From: an uncultured Spirochaetota bacterium | Lineage (GTDB): Bacteria; Spirochaetota; Spirochaetia; SZUA-6; Fen-1364 | Assembly: GCA_963745235.1 (NCBI GenBank) | Contig: CAVUXE010000037.1 | Location: forward strand, 188,646 to 252,645 | Direction: 5' to 3' | DNA: 64,000 bases | Part shown: one piece after another, positions 50,532 through 60,587 of the stretch | Layout of the letters: each line of letters starts with the position of its first letter | Numbering within the stretch: position 1 is the stretch's first letter | Notes under the pieces: generated by a model | Told to the model about the DNA's origin: nothing | The model's input: the letters and a program-made list of their open reading frames with translations, nothing else | The model's database searches: none | Made by a program: the position numbers and the translations under genes

Positions 50532-51665
50532 TTGACAACCGGAACACCGCCATCTCCCGCCGCCAAACGGCGCGCGTTTACTGTGGACTGGAGCAGGATC
50601 GTGCTGAACGTCGCGCTGCCCGTGCTCGGCGTCATCTTTGCGCTTCTCCTCGGCGCCGTCATGCTGCTGATCCTGAAGGCAAACCCGCTCGCCGCCTATG
50701 TCTCGCTGGTCAACGGAGCCGTGGGGACGACTTTCGGTCTCACGCAGACCCTGGTCAAGGCCACCCCCCTGCTCCTGGTAGGGCTCGGGATCTGCATCGC
50801 GTTCCGCGCGAATGTCATCAATATCGGGGGAGAGGGCCAGATCATCGCGGGCGCGCTGATGTCCACCTGGTTTCCCCTGTTCTTCCACACGCTGCCGGGG
50901 TGGCTCCTCATCCCGAGCACCATGATTGCCGGGTTCCTTGCCGGAGCGTTCTGGGGATTCATTCCCGGCATCCTCAAGGCCCGGCTCAACGTGAACGAGA
51001 TCCTGAGCACCATCATGCTGAACGCCATAGCCCTGCAGCTCATGAACCTCCTTCTCCAGGGGCCGCTCATGGACCCGGCGGGGGTTGCCGCGCATACGTT
51101 CCTGGCCCAGTCGGCGCAGCTTCCCCACCAGGTGTGGCTGCCCCGCCTGGTTCCCCGGACACTGCTGCATGCCGGGGCCATCGTGGCCGTGCTCCTGGCG
51201 GCGGTCGTGTACCTGTTTCTCTGGCGCACGACAATCGGATATGACATCCGCGCGGTGGGACTGAACCCCGACGCGGCGCGCTACTCCGGCATCAACGTGC
51301 CGACCTTCCAGGCGCTTTCCCTCACGCTCGCGGGAGGCTTTGCCGGGCTTGCGGGGGTAGTCGAGGTCATTGGGGTGCAGCACCGGCTCCTGGAGGGCCT
51401 CACGAGCGGCTACGGCTTCACCGGGATCGTGGCCGCGCTCCTGGGCAGCCTGCACCCTCTTGGCCTCATCCCGGCATCCATCCTCTTCGGCGGACTGCTC
51501 GTGGGAGCGGACACCATGCAGCGCGCCGTCCAGGTCCCTTCCTCCCTGATAGACGCCATCCTCGGTCTTGTCGTGCTCTTTGTTTCCGGCTCGGCGTTAT
51601 GGTCGCGCAGATGGGCTTCGCGACGACGGGCTGGCGAGCAGATGGACACGGAGGAAGCGGCATGA
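50532..51665 (+). CDS. Nucleoside/purine ABC transporter permease (NupB-like)
   Basis: NIGGEGQ, NEILSTIMLN, GYDIRAVGLNPDAARYSG and GYGFTGIVAALLG motifs; TTG start inferred. Confidence 0.9.
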   Translation: MTTGTPPSPAAKRRAFTVDWSRIVLNVALPVLGVIFALLLGAVMLLILKANPLAAYVSLVNGAVGTTFGLTQTLVKATPLLLVGLGICIAFRANVINIGGEGQIIAGALMSTWFPLFFHTLPGWLLIPSTMIAGFLAGAFWGFIPGILKARLNVNEILSTIMLNAIALQLMNLLLQGPLMDPAGVAAHTFLAQSAQLPHQVWLPRLVPRTLLHAGAIVAVLLAAVVYLFLWRTTIGYDIRAVGLNPDAARYSGINVPTFQALSLTLAGGFAGLAGVVEVIGVQHRLLEGLTSGYGFTGIVAALLGSLHPLGLIPASILFGGLLVGADTMQRAVQVPSSLIDAILGLVVLFVSGSALWSRRWASRRRAGEQMDTEEAA

Positions 51666-52594
51666 AGAGCGTCTTTTCCGTTGCTGTGATCTCGGGAATC
51701 CTCAACACCATGATGGGGCTTGCCGCCCCGTTTCTCTATGCTGCCCTGGGAGAGACAATCACGCAGACATCCGGCGTCGTGAATCTCGGCGTGGACGGAA
51801 TCATGCTCTTGAGCGCGTTCGCCGCTTTCTACGCCGCGCTCACTACGGGCAGCCTGTGGATCGGCCTGCTTGCGGCTGCCCTTGTCGGCCTGGCCATGGG
51901 CCTCCTGATGTCTTTCGTCAGTGTCACGCTGAAGGCAGAGCAGGGCGTGAGCGGCATCGGCCTGTACATGTTCGGGCTGGGAATGTCCAGCCTTCTTTTC
52001 AAGGTCCTCATCGGGACGGTGAAGACCGTGCAGGGTTTCCCGCCGGTCCGCATCCCCGTCGTCGCGGACATCCCCATCATCGGGTCCATGCTGTTCAACA
52101 ACAGCATTCCCGTGTATGGGGCATTCCTGCTCGTGCCTCTTGTGTGGTGGATGCTGGAAAAGACGACCTTCGGTTTGAAGATCAAGTCGGTGGGTCAGAA
52201 TCCGGCCGCCGCGGATTCCCTTGGCATCAGCGTGGACAGGATCCGGTACATAAGCGTCTGCCTTGGAGCCGTCCTGGCGGGAATTGCCGGTGCTTCGCTC
52301 TCCATATCGCTTCTCAACCTCTTCCAGGACAACTTGACGGCGGGGCAGGGATTCATCGCGGTTGCCCTGGTGTACTTCGGCGGATGGAATCCCATCGGAG
52401 TCCTGGGAGGGGCGCTGCTTTTCAGCGTCGTCAACTCCTTCCAGCTCTGGGTGCAGGTGCTGGGGGTCAAGATCCCTGCCAGCGTCGCGGTGATGCTCCC
52501 CTACATCCTCACCATCGCGGCACTGACGGTAACGGCCAACCGAATGCGCCAGCCCGCCGCGCTCAACAGACCGTTCGAGCGGGGAGAGAGCTGA
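51662..52594 (+). CDS. Nucleoside/purine ABC transporter permease (NupC-like)
   Basis: ALGE...SGVVNLGVDG, GQNPAAADSLG, AGQGFIAVALV and MLPYILTI motifs. Confidence 0.9.
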   Translation: MKSVFSVAVISGILNTMMGLAAPFLYAALGETITQTSGVVNLGVDGIMLLSAFAAFYAALTTGSLWIGLLAAALVGLAMGLLMSFVSVTLKAEQGVSGIGLYMFGLGMSSLLFKVLIGTVKTVQGFPPVRIPVVADIPIIGSMLFNNSIPVYGAFLLVPLVWWMLEKTTFGLKIKSVGQNPAAADSLGISVDRIRYISVCLGAVLAGIAGASLSISLLNLFQDNLTAGQGFIAVALVYFGGWNPIGVLGGALLFSVVNSFQLWVQVLGVKIPASVAVMLPYILTIAALTVTANRMRQPAALNRPFERGES

Positions 52595-52690
52595 GGGGGG
52601 ACGGTCAGATTTGTGCACAAACGCGGCCGTCGGCCGCGATGGATGAGTTCTCCGGGGAAGACCCCGTGGGAATTCGAAAGGAGAGAGGAA

Positions 52691-53662
52691 ATGAAAGGGA
52701 AACGGTTTCTTGTCGCGGGCATCCTGATTGTCCTGCTGGCCATGGGGGCTTTTGCGGCGCCATTCCGCGTCGCTGTCGTCATGCCGAGCGCAATCTCTGA
52801 CATGGCGTTCAGCCAGTCCATGTGGAACGCCCTCATTGCCATCCAGAAGGAGATGGGCGGAGCAACCGCGCTGGAGCTGAAGTATTCGGAGAACATGTAC
52901 AAGGTTCCCGACGCCGCGGCAGCGGTACGGGACTACGCCAGCCAGGGGTTTGACGTGGTGATTGCCCATGGATCCCAGTACGGCTCTTCCGTGCAGGAAA
53001 TTGCCAAGGATTTCCCCGAAGTCACTTTCGCCTGGGGGACGGACGTCAACACGTTCGGCCTCCCCAACGTCTACGCGTACACCGCGGCTGCTGAGCAGGG
53101 CGGCTACGTGAACGGGGTGCTGGCGGCGAAGCTGACCAAGAGCAAGACCGTCGGCGTGACGGGGCCCGTGGAAGTCGGAGACGCCAAGACCTACATTGAC
53201 GGGTTCGTACAGGGAGTCCAGTCGGTCAATCCGAACATCACCATTTCAAAGACGTGGACGGGCTCGTTCTCCGACGTGGCCCTGATGGCCGCCGCGGCAA
53301 AAACCCACATCGCCAACGGCGCTGACATCCTCACGGGATCATCCCAGTCGGTCGTCGGCTCCATCGGCGCGGCAAAAGACAACGGCAAAGTGTTGTGGTT
53401 CGGCACGCAGGCCAACCAGGCCTCCCTTGCGCCGAAGCTCGTGGTTGCCAGCCAGGTCTACGACTGGACCGCAATGCTGAAGAACATCATCGCGGATCAC
53501 AAGAAGGGCACGCTGGGAGGGGTTACCTACACGCTGACCCTGGACAACGGCGGGCTGAAGATCGCGTACAACCCGGCCTTCCGGATTCCCGCGAGCGTGA
53601 AAGCCGCGGGAGACGCCGCCATCAAGGGCATCGCCAAGGGCACCATCACGGTGAATCCGTAG
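52691..53662 (+). CDS. BMP/PnrA-family substrate-binding protein
   Basis: DMAFSQS, YASQGFDVVIAHG, GYVNGVLAA and WTGSFSD motifs; SPase I-type signal peptide (AFA) with no lipobox Cys. Confidence 0.9.
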   Translation: MKGKRFLVAGILIVLLAMGAFAAPFRVAVVMPSAISDMAFSQSMWNALIAIQKEMGGATALELKYSENMYKVPDAAAAVRDYASQGFDVVIAHGSQYGSSVQEIAKDFPEVTFAWGTDVNTFGLPNVYAYTAAAEQGGYVNGVLAAKLTKSKTVGVTGPVEVGDAKTYIDGFVQGVQSVNPNITISKTWTGSFSDVALMAAAAKTHIANGADILTGSSQSVVGSIGAAKDNGKVLWFGTQANQASLAPKLVVASQVYDWTAMLKNIIADHKKGTLGGVTYTLTLDNGGLKIAYNPAFRIPASVKAAGDAAIKGIAKGTITVNP

Positions 53663-53682
53663 ACGTAGCCATCATTTCAAGT

Positions 53683-53716
53683 CCCCTCCCCGCCCGAAGC
53701 GGGGAGGGGCGCTTTT
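53683..53716 (+). terminator. GC-rich hairpin between the BMP and ATPase genes (terminator or mRNA stabiliser)
   Basis: CCCCTCCCCGC-CCGAA-GCGGGGAGGGG, an 11-bp stem followed by cgcTTTT. Confidence 0.65.
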
Positions 53717-53729
53717 GTGGAGATTGCGC

Positions 53730-55286
53730 ATGAGGCAGGCACCGGATCAGAAGCATCCCAATGGTTCCCGGCACGTGGAGATGGTGGACATCGTCAAGTG
53801 CTTCCCCGGCGTGCGCGCGAACTCCAAAGTGTGCTTCGACGTGGATGCCGGGGAAGTCCATGCCCTCCTGGGGGAGAACGGGGCGGGCAAAAGCACCCTG
53901 ATGCGCCAGCTCTACGGGCTGTACCAGCCGGACGAGGGCGACATCATCATCGACGGAAAGCGCATCGACCTGCGCTCCCCGGCAGATGCCATCCGGGCCG
54001 GCATCGGGATGATCCACCAGCACTTCATGCTGGTCCCCACGCTCACGGTTGCCCAGAACGTGGCTCTTGGCCAGCCCTCCTCCCGAGCGCCGCTCCTGGA
54101 CCTCAAGAGGGTCTCGGCCCGGATTCACGAGCTGTCGGAGGAATACGGCTTGAAAGTGGATCCCCGCGCCTTTGTCTGGCAGCTTTCCGTCGGAGAACAG
54201 CAGCGCGTGGAGATCATGAAGACGCTTTACCGCGGAGCCCGGCTCATCATCCTGGATGAGCCGACGGCCGTGCTCACGCCGCAGGAGGTCAAAGATCTTT
54301 TTGCAACTCTGCGCCGCATGGTGAAGGAAGGCCACTCCCTCGTGTTCATCTCGCACAAGCTCCAGGAAGTCATGGCCATCAGCGACCGCGTCACCGTCCT
54401 TCGTGACGGAAGGGTCATTGGCTCACGCCCAACCAGCCAGGTGACACGTTCCGAGCTGGTGCAGATGATGGTGGGCCGGGAGCTCACTCCGCTTTCTCCG
54501 CGTCCAATGGATCCCGGCCCGCCGCTTTTGACCGTCGAAGGCCTTCGCGCCATGGGTGACCGGGGCACGGAAGCCCTGAAGGGCATTGACCTCAGGATCC
54601 ATGCCGGAGAGATCGTCGGGCTGGCGGGGGTTTCCGGAAACGGGCAGCGAGAGCTTGCGGAATGCCTCGCAGGAATGCGCAGGGCCACCGACGGTCAGAT
54701 CCGAATCAGGGACAAGGACATCACCTCCGCCACCCTCAACCAGCGCATTGATGCGGGAATGGCCTATATCCCCGAGGAGCGGATGCGGGATGGAGCAATC
54801 CGCGACTTCTCGGTCCAGGAGAACATCTTCCTTCACGACCATACCTCCCGGAAGTTTACTCATGGGATTTTCCTGAACTTCTCCCGCATGGAAGAGCACG
54901 CCGGGGAGCTGATCAGCGAGTTTGCCGTGAAGACTCCGGGCCTGGACACCCCTCTGAAAAACCTCTCCGGGGGCAACATCCAGAAGCTGATCATGGCGCG
55001 GGAGCTCTCGCGTCGGCCCACCATGCTGGTCGCGGCGCAGCCCACACGCGGCGTGGACATCAGCGCCACCGCGTACATCCACCAGCGCCTCCTGATGCAG
55101 AGAGAAGGCGGGATTGCCATCCTCCTGATCTCCGAGGACCTGGACGAGATCTGCGCGCTCTCCGACCGCATCGCCGTGATGTACGAGGGGAGGATCATTG
55201 GCCTGGTCGATCGCGGCGAGGCCTCCCTGGAGCAGTTGGGCCTGATGATGGCCGGGGTGCCGCAGGCGGAAGCCCTGGGGAAATAG
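53730..55286 (+). CDS. Nucleoside ABC transporter ATPase (CUT2, two NBDs; NupA-like)
   Basis: LLGENGAGKSTL, HQHFMLV, LSVGEQQR, AGVSGNGQ, LSGGNIQK and QPTRGVD motifs. Confidence 0.92.
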   Translation: MRQAPDQKHPNGSRHVEMVDIVKCFPGVRANSKVCFDVDAGEVHALLGENGAGKSTLMRQLYGLYQPDEGDIIIDGKRIDLRSPADAIRAGIGMIHQHFMLVPTLTVAQNVALGQPSSRAPLLDLKRVSARIHELSEEYGLKVDPRAFVWQLSVGEQQRVEIMKTLYRGARLIILDEPTAVLTPQEVKDLFATLRRMVKEGHSLVFISHKLQEVMAISDRVTVLRDGRVIGSRPTSQVTRSELVQMMVGRELTPLSPRPMDPGPPLLTVEGLRAMGDRGTEALKGIDLRIHAGEIVGLAGVSGNGQRELAECLAGMRRATDGQIRIRDKDITSATLNQRIDAGMAYIPEERMRDGAIRDFSVQENIFLHDHTSRKFTHGIFLNFSRMEEHAGELISEFAVKTPGLDTPLKNLSGGNIQKLIMARELSRRPTMLVAAQPTRGVDISATAYIHQRLLMQREGGIAILLISEDLDEICALSDRIAVMYEGRIIGLVDRGEASLEQLGLMMAGVPQAEALGK

Positions 55287-55311
55287 CTGCCAGGGAAAAG
55301 CGCCGGGAGAA

Positions 55312-56604
55312 TCAGGCCACCTTGTACAGGAGGATAGGCGCTTCATGCCCCTTGACGCGGACCCGTCCGACTCTTTTCGACACTTTCGGCTTTGCCCCCA
55401 GGGCGTTCCAGACCTCTTCTGAAAGAAGAAGCCGGGACCCGAGCGGCTTGTTCATTTCCTCGATTCGCTTCGCCACGTTCACGGTGTCCCCGACGATCGT
55501 GTATTCCCGGCGCTGCGCGGACCCGATTGTTCCCGTAACGGCAAGCCCGGCGTGCAGGCCTATCCCGACGCGCGTTGCTTGCCCGTTTCGTCCCGCGTTG
55601 AACTTCGCAAGCTCGTTGAGGATTTCGATTGCTGCCTTGAGAGCGTGGTGGCAGTTCTTCTCATCCGGGAGCGGGGCGCCGAATACTGCCATGAATCCGT
55701 CTCCGAGGAACTTGTTGACGATTCCCTGGTTGCGGTTGACGCAATCCACCATGAACTCGAAGAGCGAGTTCAGGTAATCCACCACCTCCGTGGGATGCGA
55801 TTTTTCGGTGAAGGCCGTGAAGTCGCGGATGTCGAGGAACAGGAGGCACACGTTTCGCATTTCCCCGGCCTGGTCGATGTTCTGCGACAGGAGCTTGTTG
55901 ACCACCTCCGGTGACACGTGCTGGCCGAAAACTCCCATGATCCTGTTCCTTTCCTCGTTGGTCCGCCTCTGGCTCTGGTACGCGCGGAAGAATATTGCGA
56001 AGAGCGCGAGGTACAGGAGCAGGCCGGCTGCGGCGACCAGCCCTTCGACAAAGAGCGTGTTGCGGGCAATTTGCGCAAAGAGGTCCCTGTTCGCCTCGTA
56101 TAGCTCGATCACCCCTACAGCGCTGTCGTTCCGCAGCACGGGGGTGTAGACCTGCAGCAGCGAGCCCTTGTCCTTCTCAGACACGTTTTCTTCTTTCTCC
56201 GATTCGCCAAGCTCGTACGCCGCTTTTCCCGTGAGGGCTTCCACGAGCGGTGGATCACTGGGGAACTTCTGGCCGATCTCCTCAGGCGAGTCGCTCCACA
56301 CGATTGTGCCGTCCGTGCTCCACACCTTCACGCGGAAGATCGTTTCCAGCCCGAACAGGCTCCGCAGGATGCTCTCCGTGCCCGGCGAGACGGGGCCGCC
56401 GGACGGCGTACGGAACATGTCATAGACCTGCGGGTTCTGGTTTACCATGAGGCGGATCAGCTCGGGAAAAAGCCTGATATGAGACCGCAGCTGATAGCCC
56501 GTGATCTGCGACGCCAGGGTGAGGGCCAGCGCCACCGAGACCGCTGCCGTGATGATGAACGTCGCAACCGAATACTGGAGGATGATGTTCCCCCGGACTC
56601 TCAT
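55312..56604 (-). CDS. Membrane-bound class III adenylate cyclase
   Basis: Two TM helices around a sensor region; LFLDIRDFT, VNKFLGDG, GIGLHAG and YTIVGDTVNVAKR (Lys suggests ATP specificity). Confidence 0.9.
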   Translation of the reverse strand: MRVRGNIILQYSVATFIITAAVSVALALTLASQITGYQLRSHIRLFPELIRLMVNQNPQVYDMFRTPSGGPVSPGTESILRSLFGLETIFRVKVWSTDGTIVWSDSPEEIGQKFPSDPPLVEALTGKAAYELGESEKEENVSEKDKGSLLQVYTPVLRNDSAVGVIELYEANRDLFAQIARNTLFVEGLVAAAGLLLYLALFAIFFRAYQSQRRTNEERNRIMGVFGQHVSPEVVNKLLSQNIDQAGEMRNVCLLFLDIRDFTAFTEKSHPTEVVDYLNSLFEFMVDCVNRNQGIVNKFLGDGFMAVFGAPLPDEKNCHHALKAAIEILNELAKFNAGRNGQATRVGIGLHAGLAVTGTIGSAQRREYTIVGDTVNVAKRIEEMNKPLGSRLLLSEEVWNALGAKPKVSKRVGRVRVKGHEAPILLYKVA

Positions 56605-56744
56605 AGGGCACCTCTTTTCCAGCCAGGCGCACCTGACTGCCTTGCCCACTAGTACGCTCATGCGCGCGCTCCGGATTTCAGGAGGAAGAACCCGGTATGA
56701 AAACGCCGCGTTTCGGTGTTAGATCAGACCGGGGAGCGTGGATT

Positions 56745-57671
56745 ATGACAGGCATCGTGGAAGTAAACGGTCTTGCAAAACGCTACGGGAACGTCACCGC
56801 CGTGGACGGCATCAGCTTCGCCGTGCAGGAGGGCGCGCTGTTCGCGTTTCTGGGGCCCAACGGCGCGGGCAAGACGACCACCATCAGCGTGATGTGCACC
56901 ACTCTGGGAAGGGACGGCGGGGAGGTGCGCATCAACGGATACCGGGTCGGCGGCCAGGACGATGAGGTCCGCAGGAGCATCGGCGTCGTGTTCCAGCACT
57001 CCGTGCTGGACAACCTGCTCACCGTGCGGGAGAACCTCCACGTTCGCGCAAGCTTCTACCGCATCAGAGGTGAACGCCTCAAAAAGCGGGTCGACTTTCT
57101 CATCCAGGCGGTGGGGCTGTCGGATTTCATTGACCGTCGGTATGGCAACCTCTCAGGCGGCCAGCGCCGGCGCGCAGATGTGGCGCGGGCCCTGATCCAC
57201 GCCCCCCGGATCCTGTTCCTGGATGAGCCGACCACCGGCCTGGACCCCCAGACACGGCTGAAAGTGTGGGACTCGCTCTCCCAGATGCGCCAGCAGGAGA
57301 AGATGACGGTTTTTCTCACCACGCATTACATGGAAGAGGCAGCAAACGCGGATGATGTGGCGATCATCGACCGCGGACATATTGTGACGCAGGGGACCCC
57401 GGCCGCTTTGAAGGAACGCCACAGCAAGGATTCGCTCGTCATCGTCCCCCGGGACGGAAGCGACTTGGGAGCTCGACTCCTGGCAGCGGGGCTGTCCTTC
57501 GCGAAGAAGAACGACACGGTTGTCGTACCCGTCCGTGACAGCCTGCATGCGCTCTCGGTTCTCAAGGAGGTGGAACCCCTGGTGGCAAGCTTCGAGGTGA
57601 TCAAGGGCAGCATGGATACCGTGTTTCTCAACGTGACGGGCCATGCCATTCGTGGAGAGGAGGAGGAATAA
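56745..57671 (+). CDS. ABC-2 exporter ATP-binding protein
   Basis: LGPNGAGKTT, LSGGQRRR, LDEPTTGLDP and TTHYMEEA motifs. Confidence 0.92.
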   Translation: MTGIVEVNGLAKRYGNVTAVDGISFAVQEGALFAFLGPNGAGKTTTISVMCTTLGRDGGEVRINGYRVGGQDDEVRRSIGVVFQHSVLDNLLTVRENLHVRASFYRIRGERLKKRVDFLIQAVGLSDFIDRRYGNLSGGQRRRADVARALIHAPRILFLDEPTTGLDPQTRLKVWDSLSQMRQQEKMTVFLTTHYMEEAANADDVAIIDRGHIVTQGTPAALKERHSKDSLVIVPRDGSDLGARLLAAGLSFAKKNDTVVVPVRDSLHALSVLKEVEPLVASFEVIKGSMDTVFLNVTGHAIRGEEEE

Positions 57672-58541
57672 TGCTCGCCTTCGCCGCGCGAAACATCCGC
57701 GTCTATGTCAGGGACAGGACGTCCGTGTTCTTCTCCTTCCTGTCGGTCCTGATCATCATTGCGCTGTACGCGCTTTTCCTCGGCAAGGTCCAGACGGACG
57801 GGATACGGGCCGTGGCCGGAGACCTGAAGGGAGTCAGGCAGCTCGTTGATTCATGGATCATGGCGGGCCTGCTCTCTGTGAACGCCGTGACCGTCTCCCT
57901 CGGGGTCCTCGGAACCATGGTGTTCGACAAGGAGCACAAGCGCTTTTCGGATTTCATCGTTGCGCCCATCAGCCGTGCTGCAATCGTGGGGAGCTACCTC
58001 GTCTCCGCATGCGTCATCAGCCTCCTTTTCAGCCTCATTGCACTCGTTGCTGCCGAGCTCTACATCGTCTCCGGCGGCGGACAGTTGCTCAGTCCGCTGA
58101 GCGCGCTCCGCGTGGTCGGCATGCTTGCCCTTGCCGTCGTGTCCTCATCGTCCATCATGTTCTTCATCGCCTCATTCCTCAGCTCGGGCTCAGCCTTCGG
58201 CGTTCTCAGCACGCTCCTGGGAACCCTGATCGGCTTCATCACGGGAGTCTACATACCCCTGGGCATCCTCCCGGGCGGGGTCCAGAAGTTCGTCGCGCTG
58301 GTCCCCTTCAGCCACAGCGCCGCAATGCTGCGCCAGGCATTCTGCGAGGCGCCCATGGCAACCGTCTTCGGGGGTGCTCCGCCCGGCGTGATTGCCCGGC
58401 TACCAGAGGATGTATGGAATCAGGCTGTTCTGGGGCAGCACGGAGATCTCCATGGCCGCCATGCTGACATTCCTGGTCAGCGCGACGGTTGTGTTTCTGC
58501 TCCTCTCCGCGGCGAGGCTGAGACGGTACAACAAGGGCTGA
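57671..58541 (+). CDS. ABC-2 exporter permease; apparent +1 frameshift near 58396
   Basis: RDRTSVFFSFLS and GFITGVYIP motifs. Correcting the frame restores a final TM helix ending at TGA 58541. Confidence 0.85.
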
Positions 58542-58601
58542 TTCGGCATCATCGGGTTGATTCGGTATCATTGAGAGAGAGGCGAAGGGGCGGTTGAGGC
58601 G

Positions 58602-59012
58602 ATGGCACGGTTCGCTTTCCTTGCGGATCTGATCGTTGTCCTGCATTTTTGCTATGTGACGTTCACCGTGGGCGGAGAGATCGTCATCCTCCTTGGCGGT
58701 GCACTGCGATGGGCCTGGGTCCGCAACCTGCCTTTTCGGATCGCCCATGCGGCCGCGGTGGTCCTGGTCGCCGGCGAGGCGCTTGCAGGAGCCAGCTGCC
58801 CCTTGACGGTATGGGAGTACCGCCTGCGGCTCCTGGCAGGCCAGGGAGCAGGGGCCCCGATCTCCTTCGTTGCGCGTCTCGTTCGACGCATCATCTTCTA
58901 TGATTTTCCGGCGTGGGTATTCCTGGCACTCTATGTCGGTTTCGCGGCCGCGGTGGTCCTCACCTTCATCCTCCTGCCGCCGGTGAGAAGGCGCTCGGGG
59001 GCGCTCAGCTGA
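58602..59012 (+). CDS. DUF2784-family membrane protein
   Basis: LADLIVVLH and CPLTVWEYRLR motifs. Confidence 0.85.
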   Translation: MARFAFLADLIVVLHFCYVTFTVGGEIVILLGGALRWAWVRNLPFRIAHAAAVVLVAGEALAGASCPLTVWEYRLRLLAGQGAGAPISFVARLVRRIIFYDFPAWVFLALYVGFAAAVVLTFILLPPVRRRSGALS

Positions 59013-60433
59013 TGGAACCGCACGGGGGTCGCAGGGCAGCCGGGCAGGTCGCTTGCGCCATGTGCGTTCTTGCCTGCATGGTCGCCTGCACGCACCTTGC
59101 GCCCGCCGGACCATCGAATGTGAGGATCACGGTTGGCCGCAGCGAAGCCGGACCCGATCTCCCGCCGGACTTCATCGGCCTGAGCTATGAAAAGGCCTTC
59201 CTCAATCTCCCTCTCTTTGACAGGGGAGACGCGGCCATGGTGAATCTCTTTCGGCGGCTGGGACCAGGGGTGCTGAGGGTCGGGGGGAACAGCGTGGACA
59301 GGACTTCCTGGGACCCCTCGGGCCCGGGACTGCGAAAAGGCTTCGTCGCCCCTGCCGACATCTCCCGGCTTGCGCGCTTTCTTGCGGCGGCAGATTGGCG
59401 CATCATCTACGGTCTCAACATGGCCACATCCACGCCGGAGGCCATGGCAGACGAGGCTTCCGCTGCCGAGGCCGCCTTTGGAGATCGGCTCGTCGCGTTT
59501 GAAATCGGCAACGAGCCGGACCTCTATCACGCGAACAAGCTGCGCAGTCCTGACTACGCGTACACCGACTACCTCAAGGAATGGAACACCGATGCACGCG
59601 CCATCTCGATACGCGTGCCGGGGGCGGATTTTGCGGGGCCCGCGACGGCCGCTGATGCGAGCAGATACACCGTTCCTTTCGCCAGGGACACGCGGGGCAA
59701 AGTGGCGCTCCTCACTCACCACTACTACAGGGCCAACGGGAGAAGCCCGTCCTCCACGGTCGAGCTCCTGCTCAGTCCTGACCTCCGGCTCTCGGGATTG
59801 CTGCGCACCCTCGCGGAGGCAAGCGTCTCACAGGACATCCTTGGCGGCTTCAGGCTCGGCGAAGCAAACTCGTTCTACAACGGGGGGGCTCCGCACGTCA
59901 GCGACTCCTTCGCCTCTGCACTCTGGGCCATAGATTTTCTTTTCACCTGCGCAGCATCGGGTGCCTCGGGCGTGAACTTCCACGGCGGGGGCCGGGGACC
60001 GGGATATACGCCGATTGCGGACGACGGGGAGAACGTGCGGGAGGTGCGGCCCGAGTATTACGGGACGCTGCTGTTTTCCCTGGCCGCGCAAGGCCGCCTG
60101 ACGAAAGTTGAGATGAGTGGCGGCAATCCGTCGCTATCCGCCTGGGCCGTGTCCGGCCGTGATGGCTCCATCCGCATCGTGATTCTGGACAGGGATGCCG
60201 CCAGTGAGGTCCCGATCGATCTCGAGGTCCCAAAGGCGTTCAGCACGGCATCCCTCCTGCGCCTCACCGGCCCGTCTCTGGGGGCGGAGACAGGGACGCT
60301 GCTGGGCGGCTCGGCGGTCAGCCCTGAGGGCAGCTGGGAGAAGCGAGGGGAAGAACAGGTTATTGTCCGAAACGGAAGCCTCCCGGTCCGGATCGCAGGA
60401 CCCGGCGCCCTGCTGGTGGTCGTCCGGCAATAG
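59012..60433 (+). CDS. Glycoside hydrolase family 79 (beta-glucuronidase/heparanase-like), probable lipoprotein
   Basis: FIGLSYE, LRVGGNSVD, EIGNEPDLY (acid/base), RLGEANS (nucleophile) and GVNFHGG motifs; MVAC lipobox-like sequence. Confidence 0.85.
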   Translation: MEPHGGRRAAGQVACAMCVLACMVACTHLAPAGPSNVRITVGRSEAGPDLPPDFIGLSYEKAFLNLPLFDRGDAAMVNLFRRLGPGVLRVGGNSVDRTSWDPSGPGLRKGFVAPADISRLARFLAAADWRIIYGLNMATSTPEAMADEASAAEAAFGDRLVAFEIGNEPDLYHANKLRSPDYAYTDYLKEWNTDARAISIRVPGADFAGPATAADASRYTVPFARDTRGKVALLTHHYYRANGRSPSSTVELLLSPDLRLSGLLRTLAEASVSQDILGGFRLGEANSFYNGGAPHVSDSFASALWAIDFLFTCAASGASGVNFHGGGRGPGYTPIADDGENVREVRPEYYGTLLFSLAAQGRLTKVEMSGGNPSLSAWAVSGRDGSIRIVILDRDAASEVPIDLEVPKAFSTASLLRLTGPSLGAETGTLLGGSAVSPEGSWEKRGEEQVIVRNGSLPVRIAGPGALLVVVRQ

Positions 60434-60587
60434 GCGGACATCAGCCGCTCCAGCAGCAACTGCCGGTCTCTGGTCGAAATTCATCAAGAATTGGCTCAAC
60501 CTTGCTCAGCTTTTAACAATGGCGGGCTAGACACTCCGCCGTGATGACAGTCGGGGCGACGAGGCGTTGGACGGAAGGAGGAGCTTG

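Noticed and set aside
5455-54688. Many long antisense or alternate-frame ORFs (e.g. 8167-9930, 28883-31495, 33060-34601, 41918-43342, 51410-52969)
   Set aside because: They shadow well-supported genes, have no recognisable motifs, and are expected from stop-codon scarcity in high-GC DNA.
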